40,166 bases of DNA, from the NCBI GenBank assembly GCA_052055015.1, contig JBQJIT010000054.1; one strand, written 5' to 3'. The notes beneath the pieces are model-generated. The model was not told where the DNA came from. It saw only the letters and a program-made list of their open reading frames with translations, and ran no database searches. Source of the stretch: Malassezia furfur (taxonomy: Eukaryota). Made by a program: the position numbers and the translations under genes. Of this stretch, positions 10,095 to 20,477 are shown one piece after another (within the stretch, counting starts at the first letter, position 1; each line of letters begins with the position of its first letter).

Positions 10095-10886
10095 ATGGCC
10101 GGCACTCATTATACGCACGGCTACGGCGATACGGTGCTAGCAAACCACCGCGGACGCACCGCGCACAACTCGGCTGGGTACCTGCTTCCTTATCTCAACA
10201 AACAGCAGCACTTGCTGGACATTGGGTCTGGCGCGGGGACCATCACCGTGGGCTTTGTCGAATTGGTCCAGCATGTGACCGCATTAGAGGTGAGCGACGA
10301 GGCGCTCGATGTGACACGCAAAGAAGCACAGCGGAAAAACGTATCGATGGATTTTGCCGTGGGCGACATACACCGCTTACCGTTTCCGGATAACACATTC
10401 GACGTTGTCCATGTGCACCAAGTCTTGCAGCATGTGGGCGAGCGAGTCGAGGCGATGAAAGAAATGCGCCGCGTCGTCAAGCCAGGCGGCATTGTGGCAT
10501 GCCGTGAAAGTGTCTACTCTGCATTTACGGGGTACCCTTCTAGCCAGGGCCTCGAGTTGTGGAAGAAGCTGTACATCGATACGGTTAGGTCGAACGGCGG
10601 AGAGCCTGACGCGGGGGCCATGCTGCTCGATTGGGCCCTGCAGGCAGGCTTCACGGACATCACGCCCGGGATCTATACGTGGTGCTTTGCGACACCCGAG
10701 ACCCGGCAGCACTGGGGCGGCATGTGGGAAAAGCGCATCTTGCACTCTGCTTTGGCTGACCAGGCACGGTCGCAAGGTACTACCGATGAGGAACTTGAGC
10801 GCATTTCGCGCGCTTGGGCTACGTGGAAAGAGACTCCCTGCGGCTGGTACATGGTTCCGCACCCGCATATCCTTGCACGCAAGTGA
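10095..10886 (+). CDS. Class I SAM-dependent methyltransferase (UbiE-like), copy 1
   Basis: YTHGY...RTAHNSAGYLLP, LLDIGSGAG, GDIHRLPFPDNTFDVV, RVVKPGG. Intronless. Confidence 0.88.
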   Translation: MAGTHYTHGYGDTVLANHRGRTAHNSAGYLLPYLNKQQHLLDIGSGAGTITVGFVELVQHVTALEVSDEALDVTRKEAQRKNVSMDFAVGDIHRLPFPDNTFDVVHVHQVLQHVGERVEAMKEMRRVVKPGGIVACRESVYSAFTGYPSSQGLELWKKLYIDTVRSNGGEPDAGAMLLDWALQAGFTDITPGIYTWCFATPETRQHWGGMWEKRILHSALADQARSQGTTDEELERISRAWATWKETPCGWYMVPHPHILARK

Positions 10887-11027
10887 CTCGCCCCGGGGCC
10901 CACGCCGGCGGGTCAGCCTCGGCCCTTTCTCCGAGACATTCGGCACGACTCGGACACCGCCACACCTGGAGAGTTATATAAGCAGCATAATCTGCCCCGC
11001 CCGTACCCCCACCATATTCTGGCAAAA

Positions 11028-11825
11028 ATGTCGCAGGTCCGTTACACGCACGGCTACAACAGCTCTGTCCTCGCTAGCCACCAGTGGCGCACGGCGCAGA
11101 ACTCTGCCGAGTACTTGCTCCCCTACTTGAAGAAAGGGCAGCACTTGCTCGACGTGGGTTCGGGCGCTGGCACCATCACGTGCGACTTTGTTCATCTCGT
11201 GGACAAGGTCACTGCTCTCGAGATGGACGAGGAGGCGATTGGTGTTACCCGAGCCGAGGCTGAGCGTCGCGGAGTGCAGTTAGAATACAGCATCGGTGAT
11301 ATCCACTCGTTGCCGTTTGCCGATAATACATTTGATGTAGTTCATGCTCACCAAGTCCTCCAACACGTGGGCGACCCTATTCAGGCACTGAAGGAGCTGC
11401 GGCGCGTGGTCAAACCGGGTGGCATTGTCGCTGCGCGTGACAGTGACTACTCGGCTTACACGTGGTACCCAAGCGACCCGAAGCTGGACGAGTGGAGAGA
11501 TTTGTATCTGAGTATCACCCGCTCGAACGGCGGCGAGCCAGACGCTGGGCGCAGGCTGCTAGACTGGGCCCAGCAGGCCGGATTCACGCAAATCGAGCCG
11601 GGCGCATTTGCATGGTGCTTCGCGACGCCGGAGGGTCGGAACTACTGGGGTGGAATGTGGGAGAAGCGCGTCCTGACCGGAAACATCTACAAACAAGCCA
11701 AGGAACACGGCGCCTCGGAAGAGCAAATGCAAGAGATCTCGGCGGCATTCGGCCGCTGGAAAGACGCTCCAAATGGCTGGTATATGGTGCCCCATGGCAA
11801 CATTATCGCCACCAAAACCACCTAG
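11028..11825 (+). CDS. Class I SAM-dependent methyltransferase (UbiE-like), copy 2
   Basis: Colinear paralog of 10095-10886: LLDVGSGAG, LPFADNTFDVVHAHQVLQHV, RVVKPGG, SNGGEPDAG. Confidence 0.9.
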   Translation: MSQVRYTHGYNSSVLASHQWRTAQNSAEYLLPYLKKGQHLLDVGSGAGTITCDFVHLVDKVTALEMDEEAIGVTRAEAERRGVQLEYSIGDIHSLPFADNTFDVVHAHQVLQHVGDPIQALKELRRVVKPGGIVAARDSDYSAYTWYPSDPKLDEWRDLYLSITRSNGGEPDAGRRLLDWAQQAGFTQIEPGAFAWCFATPEGRNYWGGMWEKRVLTGNIYKQAKEHGASEEQMQEISAAFGRWKDAPNGWYMVPHGNIIATKTT

Positions 11826-12161
11826 TGTAGTCCCTCTTATCTCGGCCAACCTCGGATTAAGTTCGTCGCAACCATCGCGAAGGCTTGGCAAGCCGTAATG
11901 ATTACTGATATCGAGTCATCGTGGACCCTCATCGACTTTATATCGCTTGCTCGCTTAATCTGACGTGTCTGTGCGTCCATGTCATAGGCCCTTGCGTTCC
12001 GTTTAATATCTTAATATCAATATATGCTTATCTCCCCCCAATATCCAGGCTTCTGCGTGATCCCTCACGAGACCCTTATCGCTTGGCATGCACATGTGAA
12101 TTACGATCGTTCCTTTAAATGAGTAACCTTGGGATCACAAGTCATCACACGCTTGCTCGTT

Positions 12162-13733
12162 ATGTCTTCAGCCAAAGACCTAGAGGCTGAGAAATACGGG
12201 GTAGAAGTGCCTTGCAAAGACCAGCCAGAAAAGCAGGCCGATGTCGTGGATCTTGTCCCTGACTGGCAACCATCCAAAGAACAACAAAAGCGTGTTCTTC
12301 GGAAGATTGACCTGCTCCTTATACCACTGATGTGCGGCTGTGTTCTATGTATGTATGGTCTTCAGTCTGACTCCTAGTTCAAATGCTAGACAAAATTCTG
12401 TTGAACTCAGCCGTTCTCTTGAATATCAAAGAGGAGACACATCTGAAATCAAGCTGGGAGTTCACCTGGATCAACAGTATTTTCTATTTTGGATACCTTA
12501 CAGGGACACCAATCCATGTATACTTCCTACAACACGTTCCACTGAGCTATTACGTCTCTGGGATCGTTACCGTATGGGGCGTTGTGGTCGCATTGCATGC
12601 GGCATGCCATGATTACGGAGGTCTATTGACTGTGCGATTCTTCCTGGGTCTTTTCGAGGCTGCCATCACCCCAGGCTTGATTCTCATGACAGGGCGATTC
12701 TATACTCGCAGGGAACAGATGATTCGCACAGTTATCTGGTTCTCGTTCAACGGTTGGGCTTTTATTTTTGCTGGAATAATTACCTATGGTATTCTACGCC
12801 AAGGCGAACCAGCTCACATTAAGAAATGGGAAGAACTGTACATCATATTAGGTGTACTGACTTTTTCCTGGGGGCTTTTGTGCTTTTTCGTTATGCCAAC
12901 ATCTCCAGATACCACCAAATACTTCAACGAAGAAGAGAGCGGCATCGCGATCTCCCGCGTGGCCGAGAATCAATCCGGCATCCATGATTCTCACTTCAAA
13001 TGGTCCCAGTTCAAGGAAGCCTTGTTGGATATCCGGCTCTACATGTTCTTCTTGGGATATGCCTGCATTTGCGTGACAAATGGCGGAATCACCTCTTACA
13101 GCAGCCAAATTATCAAGGAGTTTGATTTCTCGAACGAGAACACATCCCTATTGCAGATGGCACAAGGCTTGTCCGAAGTTGTTGCAGTATTTATGGGTGC
13201 TGGAATGTTTGCATATTGTAATCGCCGCGATATTCCTTCGATGGTTGGACTGGTTATTGCTATGGTTGGCAGCATTATGATGGTGGCTCTGGGACCTGAC
13301 AAGAACTCTTCTCGAATGGCTGGTACGTTTCATCGTGATATGAATATCTTACATCCAAGGTCTTTGCCTCGTCCTCTTTTTTGCCATCCCACTGCCGATG
13401 TTCTACAACTGGCAGAGCGTTTCTGTTTCAGGGACCACAAAGCGGCTGATCTTTAATGCAACTCTGCAGCTTGCCTATGGCGCTGGAAACATTGTTGGGC
13501 CTATGACCTACAGCGTTTCTGCTAATCCCAAGACTCCGATGATTGCAATGATTGTTCTGTTTGGTGTGAACGGTCTTTTTGTCATGCTTATCTCTGCTAT
13601 CCATAAGTTATGGAACCGCCAAAGGGACGCAAAAATGGCGTCTTTAGATGGGCTGGACTCGGATCATCAATTACAAGTCGATCTTTCAGACTTGACTGAC
13701 AAAGAGAGACCAACTTTCCGATACCCTCGTTGA
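12162..13733 (+). CDS. Dal5-family MFS permease, copy B; 3 exons
   Basis: GT-AG introns 12349-12377 (29 nt) and 13323-13359 (37 nt) join three ORF fragments into a protein colinear with copy A. Confidence 0.9.
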
Positions 13734-14010
13734 GATCTTCCCACTGTAAGGCTATCCGGGCTATTATGTTCTACGTTATCGGACAAGTCGCCCGAACATA
13801 ACGATTTGTCGTGGAATTAATGCTAGCTTAAATCAATTCTAGTGATTAGGCACGATGTCCTTCAGTGTTGGGAGATAAGAGTCATCTTACCCTCGCCCTC
13901 CCAATAACTATCTTATCATGTACGATAGGGCTATTGCGTATTGGCCCGGGGAATAAATTTATATTTAAAAAAGCGAAACTCGTACGTATGTCGAAATCGA
14001 AGCATTCATC

Positions 14011-15583
14011 ATGCTCGAAACAAAGGATCCAGAGCAGCTTGGAGACGACAAATACCTCAAAACCAAAGATGATCTGCCTACGAAAGAGGTCGCGCTTGCC
14101 GACTTCGTTCCTGAATGGGAGCCTACGCTTAAGCAGAAAAAGCAGGTGCTTCGAAAAATTGATTGTCTACTCATTCCGTTAATGTGCGGTTGTGTGCTAT
14201 GTAAGTGTTTATCAATCTAACTCTTTTACAGTCCAAATGCTTGACAAGATCCTGCTGAATTCAGCAGTACTGCTTGACATTAAAAAGGAAACACACTTGA
14301 CTTCAAGCTGGCAATTCACCTGGATTAACAGCATTTTCTATTTCGGCTACCTCACCGGAACTCCCATTCACGTGTACTTTCTTCAGCATGTTCCTTTGAA
14401 TTACTATGTGTCTGGAATTGTTACCTTTTGGGGTGTTGTTGTTGGACTTCACGCTGCATGTGAAGACTACTCGAAGCTATTGACTATTCGATATTTCCTG
14501 GGACTGTTTGAATCAGCTATTACGCCTGGTCTGATTCTTATGACAGGTCGTTTCTACACTCGGCGAGAACAAATGGTCAGAACGGCGATCTGGTTCTCAT
14601 TCAATGGATGGGCATTTGTCCTTGGAGGTCTCATCACGTACGGGATCTTACGTCAAGGCGAACCAGCGCACATCAAGAAGTGGCAAGAGCTTTACATCAT
14701 CTTGGGAGTGGTCACATTCGTCTGGGGTATACTTTGCTTTTGTGCAATGCCATCAGCTCCCACTTCTACAAGGTACTTGAATGAAGAAGAGAAGAAAATT
14801 GCGGTATACCGCGTTGCCGAGAATCAGTCATCCATCCATGATAAAAAGTTCAAATGGGCCCAGTTCAAGGAAGCTCTCTTGGATGTACGGCTGTATACCT
14901 TTTTCTTCGGATATGCCTGCATTTGTGTCACAAACGGAGGGATTACATCTTACAGCAGTCAAATTATTAAGGAGTTCGATTTCTCCAACGAGAACGCATC
15001 GTTGCTTCAGCTTGCGCAGGGGTTGGCTGAGATTGTTTCTGTTTTGATGGGTGCTGCTATTTTTGCTTGGTGCAATCGCCGCGATATTCCATCTCTATTT
15101 GGATTGATCATTGCTTTGATTGGCAGCATCATGATGGTTGCTTTGGGAGCAGATAAAAACTCATCTCGAATGGCTGGTACGTGATGGCTAAAAGTTTCTC
15201 ACATATCAGGTCTTTGTCTCGTCACATTCTTCTCGATCGCCCCGCCAATGTATTACAACTGGCAGAGTGTTTCGGTTTCCGGGACGACGAAACGGTTAAT
15301 TTTCAACGCCAGTTTGCAACTTGCCTATGGTGCTGGCAACATCATCGGGCCAATAACCTACAGCGTCTCTGCTAATCCCAAGACTCCAATGATTGTTATG
15401 ATCGTGCTCTATGGGCTGAACTGTTTGTTTGTTGGGCTTATTTCTCTCATCCATAAGAGGTGGAATCTGCGAAACGAGGCAAGAATGCCTGCTTTGGAGG
15501 GCGCTGTCGCCGATGAACAGCTGCAAATTGACCTTTCTGATTTGACCGACAAAGAAAGACCCAATTTCCACTACCCTCGCTAA
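14011..15583 (+). CDS. Dal5-family MFS permease, copy C; 3 exons
   Basis: Introns 14201-14231 (31 nt) and 15177-15209 (33 nt) sit at the same codon positions as in copy B. Confidence 0.9.
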
Positions 15584-15820
15584 GAATGCAAAATCTTTAG
15601 CACGGGGTGAGGCATATTCGGTATCAAGCACCTCTTCACTATCAAGATTATGCAGTCTGTGTGGCATCGAAATCAAAGTGTACATACCTATCACCAGCTT
15701 CATTGGTGGAAAATTTGCTCATTTCTTATCAATAGGTATATATGCTTATATGTGAATATATTTATGGGGAAGGCTCGTACCTTAAATACGGAAAGCCAGT
15801 GTTCAAGGAACTCACCCGCT

Positions 15821-17384
15821 ATGTCCTCGATGAAAGATGTGGGTTTAGAGAAGAGCGTCATTTTTAAAGATGGATTACCAGAGAAAGAGGTAGAAGTAGT
15901 TGACCTCGTTCCGGACTGGCAGCCCTCAAAAGAGCAGCAAAAGAAGGTTCTCAGAAAAATCGATTTACTTCTGATTCCGCTACTGTGCGGTTGCGTTCTT
16001 TGTATGTCAATAACTTCATCTGACAGGAAGTCCAAATGCTTGATAAAATACTGCTCAACTCTGCCGTTCTTCTGAATATAAAACAAGAGGCACATTTGAA
16101 GTCAAGCTGGGAGTTCACATGGATCAACAGTATCTTTTATTTTGGATACCTGACAGGAACGCCTATTCATGTGTACTTCCTACAACATGTTCCGCTGAAC
16201 TATTATGTCTCTGGGATAGTTGCGGTTTGGGGAATTGTGGTATCGCTGCATGCAACCTGCCACGACTACGCAGGACTACTTGCCGTTCGATATTTCCTGG
16301 GTCTCTTTGAGTCTGCCATCACCCCTGGCCTGATTCTCATGACAGGCCGCTTTTATACCCGCAAAGAGCAAATGATCCGAACGGCTATTTGGTTCTCATT
16401 CAATGGATGGGCACAGGTCTTTGCTGGGTTTATCACATACGGGATCTTGCGGCAGGGGCAGCCGGCTCATATTAAGAAATGGCAAGAATTGTACATCGTA
16501 TTGGGTGCTCTTACCTTTACATGGGGTGTTCTGTGCTTCATCATTATGCCTACATCTCCTGACACAACGAGATATTTGAATCAAGAGCAAAAAGGTATTG
16601 CAATTTACCGTGTGGCTGAAAACAAGTCGGGAATTCACGATTCTAGATTCAAATGGTCACAATTCAAAGAAGCTCTATTGGACGTTCGTTTGTACATGTT
16701 CTTCCTTGGTTATGCAAGCATCTGCGTCACAAATGGAGGGATTACATCTTACAGCAGCCAAATCATCAAAGAGTTTAACTTTTCTAATGAAGATGCTGCA
16801 CTTCTTGGAATGGCCCAGGGTTTTGCTGAAGTTGTCGCCATATTTATGGGCGCTGCTATTTTTGCCTGGTGCAATCGACGCGATATTCCATCAATGCTCG
16901 GACTGATCATTGCTGTGGTCGGCAGTATCATGATGGTCTCTCTTGGTGCAGACAAAAACCCATCACGCATGGCTGGTACGTATTTGTCACAATCATTTCT
17001 AACGACACAGGCCTTTGTCTCGTCTCCTTCTTTTCTATACCAATGCCCATTTTCTACAACTGGCAAAGTGTGTCCGTATCAGGAACAACAAAACGACTCA
17101 TATTCAATGCAACGCTTCAACTAGCGTATGGATCCGGTAATATCGTCGGCCCTATTACTTACAGTGTTTCATCAAATCCTAAAGTACCAATGATTGCAAT
17201 GATCGTCCTTTTTGGAGTAAATGGCCTGTTCATTTTAATGATCTCGGCGATCCACAAAGTATGGAACATGAGCCGTGACAAGCGAATGACTAGTTTTGAG
17301 GGCATTGATTCCGACAACCAGCTACAAATTGACCTTTCTGACTTGACGGATAAGGAAAGACCTACCTTCAGGTACCCGCGCTAA
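15821..17384 (+). CDS. Dal5-family MFS permease, copy D; 3 exons
   Basis: Introns 16002-16030 (29 nt) and 16976-17010 (35 nt) sit at the same positions as in copies B and C. Confidence 0.9.
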
Positions 17385-17561
17385 TGTTACCATGCACAGT
17401 TCAGTTTCACGGTGTTATTGTTATTATTTTATTTTATTTTCTCGTTTTCATGAATGCCTTCATCATTTAGGATATACCGAATCACTATACATGGTCAACG
17501 CTACACTTTGATGCGCCACTTTCCCCAAATCCTATACTTTACAAACAGTTTGAACTAAATT

Positions 17562-18226
17562 CTAGACTGCCAGTGAACGACGAAGGACACGTTCTGCCAT
17601 GGGCTTATAGTGTTGCAATGGCGGCGTTTCCAGTCCGACTACTTTTGCACGATCGTCCCATAGCCTAAGCTTCACCATTTCCTCATGGTCGGGGTCTTTC
17701 TTGAACTCTTCGACTTCCTCGGGTGTGAATGGTCCTCCCTGCATTCGGAGTGACGCCTGCGATGCGCTCGACAAAGATGCCAAATAGTCGGGTCGAGTTG
17801 CCGTAAGGAAGCTGTTGGTTAGTAGTCCGTGTGCACATACCGCTTTGATGTCACATGTGCACCAACCAAGCTTGCGACTTTTCTGGGCCAACCATGCAGA
17901 AGCAGCCATCGCTGTCCAATGACGTCATGCCCGTGCCGGCCAACATTAGCACCCATTTCTTCATCGATCATGGTTCCTCCCGCCTTGCAGTTGCGAATCT
18001 CTGATAATGGAAGGAATTGACCAATGTCATGAAGAAGTGCCGCAATAATTGCATCCTCGTCGTTGACTTCTTGTTCAGCGAAGTAAGCCGCTTGCAAGCA
18101 ATGTTCAAGCTGTGAGATAGATTCTCCTAGATAATCACCTTTGCCTTGATCCTCAAGTAGTTGAAATATATAGGCAATATGTTCTTCTGGCGAAGAACTG
18201 TTCATTGTAGTTGAAGGTTCTGTCAT
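17562..18226 (-). CDS. phnZ: PhnZ-like HD-domain mixed-valent diiron oxygenase (C-P bond cleavage); 2 exons
   Basis: YLGESISQLEHCLQAA, AALLHDIG, H(DVIG), LVGAHVTSKR|FL, YLASLSSASQASLRMQGG, LRLWDDRAK: the PhnZ-family YxxE, H, HD, H, H, D layout. Intron 17840-17812 (29 nt, CTAAC branch point). Confidence 0.85.
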
Positions 18227-18310
18227 TGCAATCAATACAGCGAACGTCGTGCATGATAGGCTCCTAGTATATAAAGTTAACCCCGTGATAATTGCAATTG
18301 TTTTTTTACC

Positions 18311-18352
18311 CGGACAGATATCCGATCCGGAGAGTTCACCGAAATGCACGTG
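18311..18352. promoter_or_regulatory. Two tandem CGG-N8-CCG sites plus a CACGTG E-box upstream of the phnZ-like gene
   Basis: cggacagatatccg (18311-18324), cggagagttcaccg (18328-18341), CACGTG (18347-18352). Confidence 0.6.
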
Positions 18353-18700
18353 TACCTAGGAGATTTAGCCGAAGCGCATGTGCACTTCGGAGTTCAATTA
18401 ATTTTTAATGGAGTTTATCTGTTCGACGTTGACAATATCAAGTCGTGACGAAGCTGCGGAAAAGATACGAAAAGCGGTACTAGTAACATACTGGGCTCGA
18501 CTTACGCTGAACAAAAATAAAAGTGTTCAATTGTTTCCCTTGTATACTTCTACAATACTCAGACCCATCGTGGTAGTAGTGAGCTGATCGTATAGGTAAC
18601 GTTTTCCCTTCTCATTCCCTGTATATATGGCTGGGAGATTTACACCCAGAAGCTATGTAAACATCATGATTCTCATTATGCGTAGAAAAAAACCGAAGAC

Positions 18701-20254
18701 TCAAACGTTAACCACTGGCTTGTCGTCCAAGAAGTCATCAAAAGAGCTTGCTCGATAAGCATCCGGCTCATCAAACGATTCACTTGAAACCCCATGCATC
18801 ATCAGGAACTCACGGAAACGAATATCTTCGTTTTGTAAGTTACGATCATGGTCACCGGGGATGAACATGAAGGTAATAAGTGCGCCAAGGAGCGAAAGAC
18901 CGGCACCAACGAAAACAACCACACGGAGACCTTGAGTAGTCGTGTCCTCCTCAGGTGTAGCATAGTGGGCAAGAATTCGGTTGAAGACAACAGTACCAAC
19001 AGCGGCACCAGCCTTAGCGACAGATGCGGCCAGACCGACAAAATGGCCTCGGAAAGCAGTTGGGAAGCACTCACTGCTGACAAGCAACGTTGTAACACCT
19101 GGCCCAAATTCACCGCAGCTGAGCATTATTCCGTAAAGAATAATGAAAAGTGGCATTACCGTCTGAATTGGTGCCAGTGCGCCCGCAAGCACAAATGCAA
19201 TCATGCTCTGGGAAACAAACCCAAGGAGCATTGTATTACGGCGCCCAATCCTGTCCAGTGCAAAGTAGCCAAGGATACACCCAGGGATGTTGAACGAGTT
19301 GATCAGAGCACTGTAGCCAATCGAGACGATCAGGTTTTTGCTGTTTCCAGGAAGTCCGTCGATAATATTGGGGGTGAAAAGTCCAAATGGGTAAGCAACA
19401 AAGTCGTAAAGGAACCAGGTCAAACATGTACCAATAATTTGACGCCAGTATCGCTTTACCACAAGCATATACACCCTCAAACTCATACCCTTAGTCATAG
19501 AATGGTTCTTGAAAGCTGTACTGCTTGCCATTCTGTAACGGAAGAAGAATACAGTGGCAGGAATGATGCATCCCAAACCAAGAGTGATGCGCCATGCAGC
19601 TTTCAGGTGCATAGTCTCGTCAGCGGGGGTTGAGCTGTTGTAGCCAAAACCAGCCAGGATGCAAAGAGGAAGAAGACCGCCAAAGACAATACCAAAATCA
19701 ACAGCCGTGCATCCAACCAGACCAACAATAAGGCCACGATGCTTGCGAACCGCATTTGTCTCGTCACCAGCTTCAGTTGAACCTGTGCTGCATACAGGGT
19801 ATTCACCACCTGCACCAAAACCAAGAATGCCACGCGACACAGTAAGCATCCAGAACATCATGTGGGGGCTTGGTCCATACGATCCAGTGCAAAGTGCAAC
19901 ACCGATGATCATCAGAGCAGTTGCGAAAACAACTCCCGTTTTCCTTGAGAAATGGTCGATGAGCAAACCAAAGGCGAAAGAACCGAGACAGAGACCAACG
20001 TAGTATGCGCTGGAGACCCGGCCTTTCATTTCACCAGAGTATTCATCACCATAAAGTTTCTTGAACATGGCATTGACTGATCCGAGTGCCTGAGAGTTGT
20101 ATCCATCAGATGCCAAAGCGATGCCCGACCAAACAACCATCAGTACTGAGCTAACATTGAGTTTGTCGACCCCAGCGCGAACAGGCTGGTCCAAAGGCTG
20201 GGGCTCCTTCGATTCAGGAACTTCTTCTTGTCAATGTTCAGGTTGAGCAGACAT
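18701..20254 (-). CDS. MFS transporter, Git1/Pho84-like (glycerophosphodiester/phosphate:H+ symporter family); in-frame TGA at codon 8
   Basis: GIALASDGYN, FGLLIDHFSRK, RGILGFGAGGEYP, WRITLGLG, TWFLYDFVAYPFG, EFGPG, FPTAFRG. The ATG at 20254 is in frame but is followed by TGA at 20233-20231. The next in-frame ATG is at the start of TM1 (near 20141). Confidence 0.82.
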
Positions 20255-20477
20255 GATGACGATTGCATTGCCCTTTGCCAAAGCCTATTAAATATCCCCC
20301 GCTGCAGCTCATTTCAAAAATTCAGCTTGTCTTGAATTTTGGAACGTGCACAGGATAAGCTTAGTTGATTAAAAATTGCGCTTATCCATTGGTCAAAGAT
20401 TACCACATGCTCGCGTGCAAGATCTCACAAAGCCACGCGCCTCGGAACGGCCCCGAGGCCGCTTCGCACGTTCGGCG

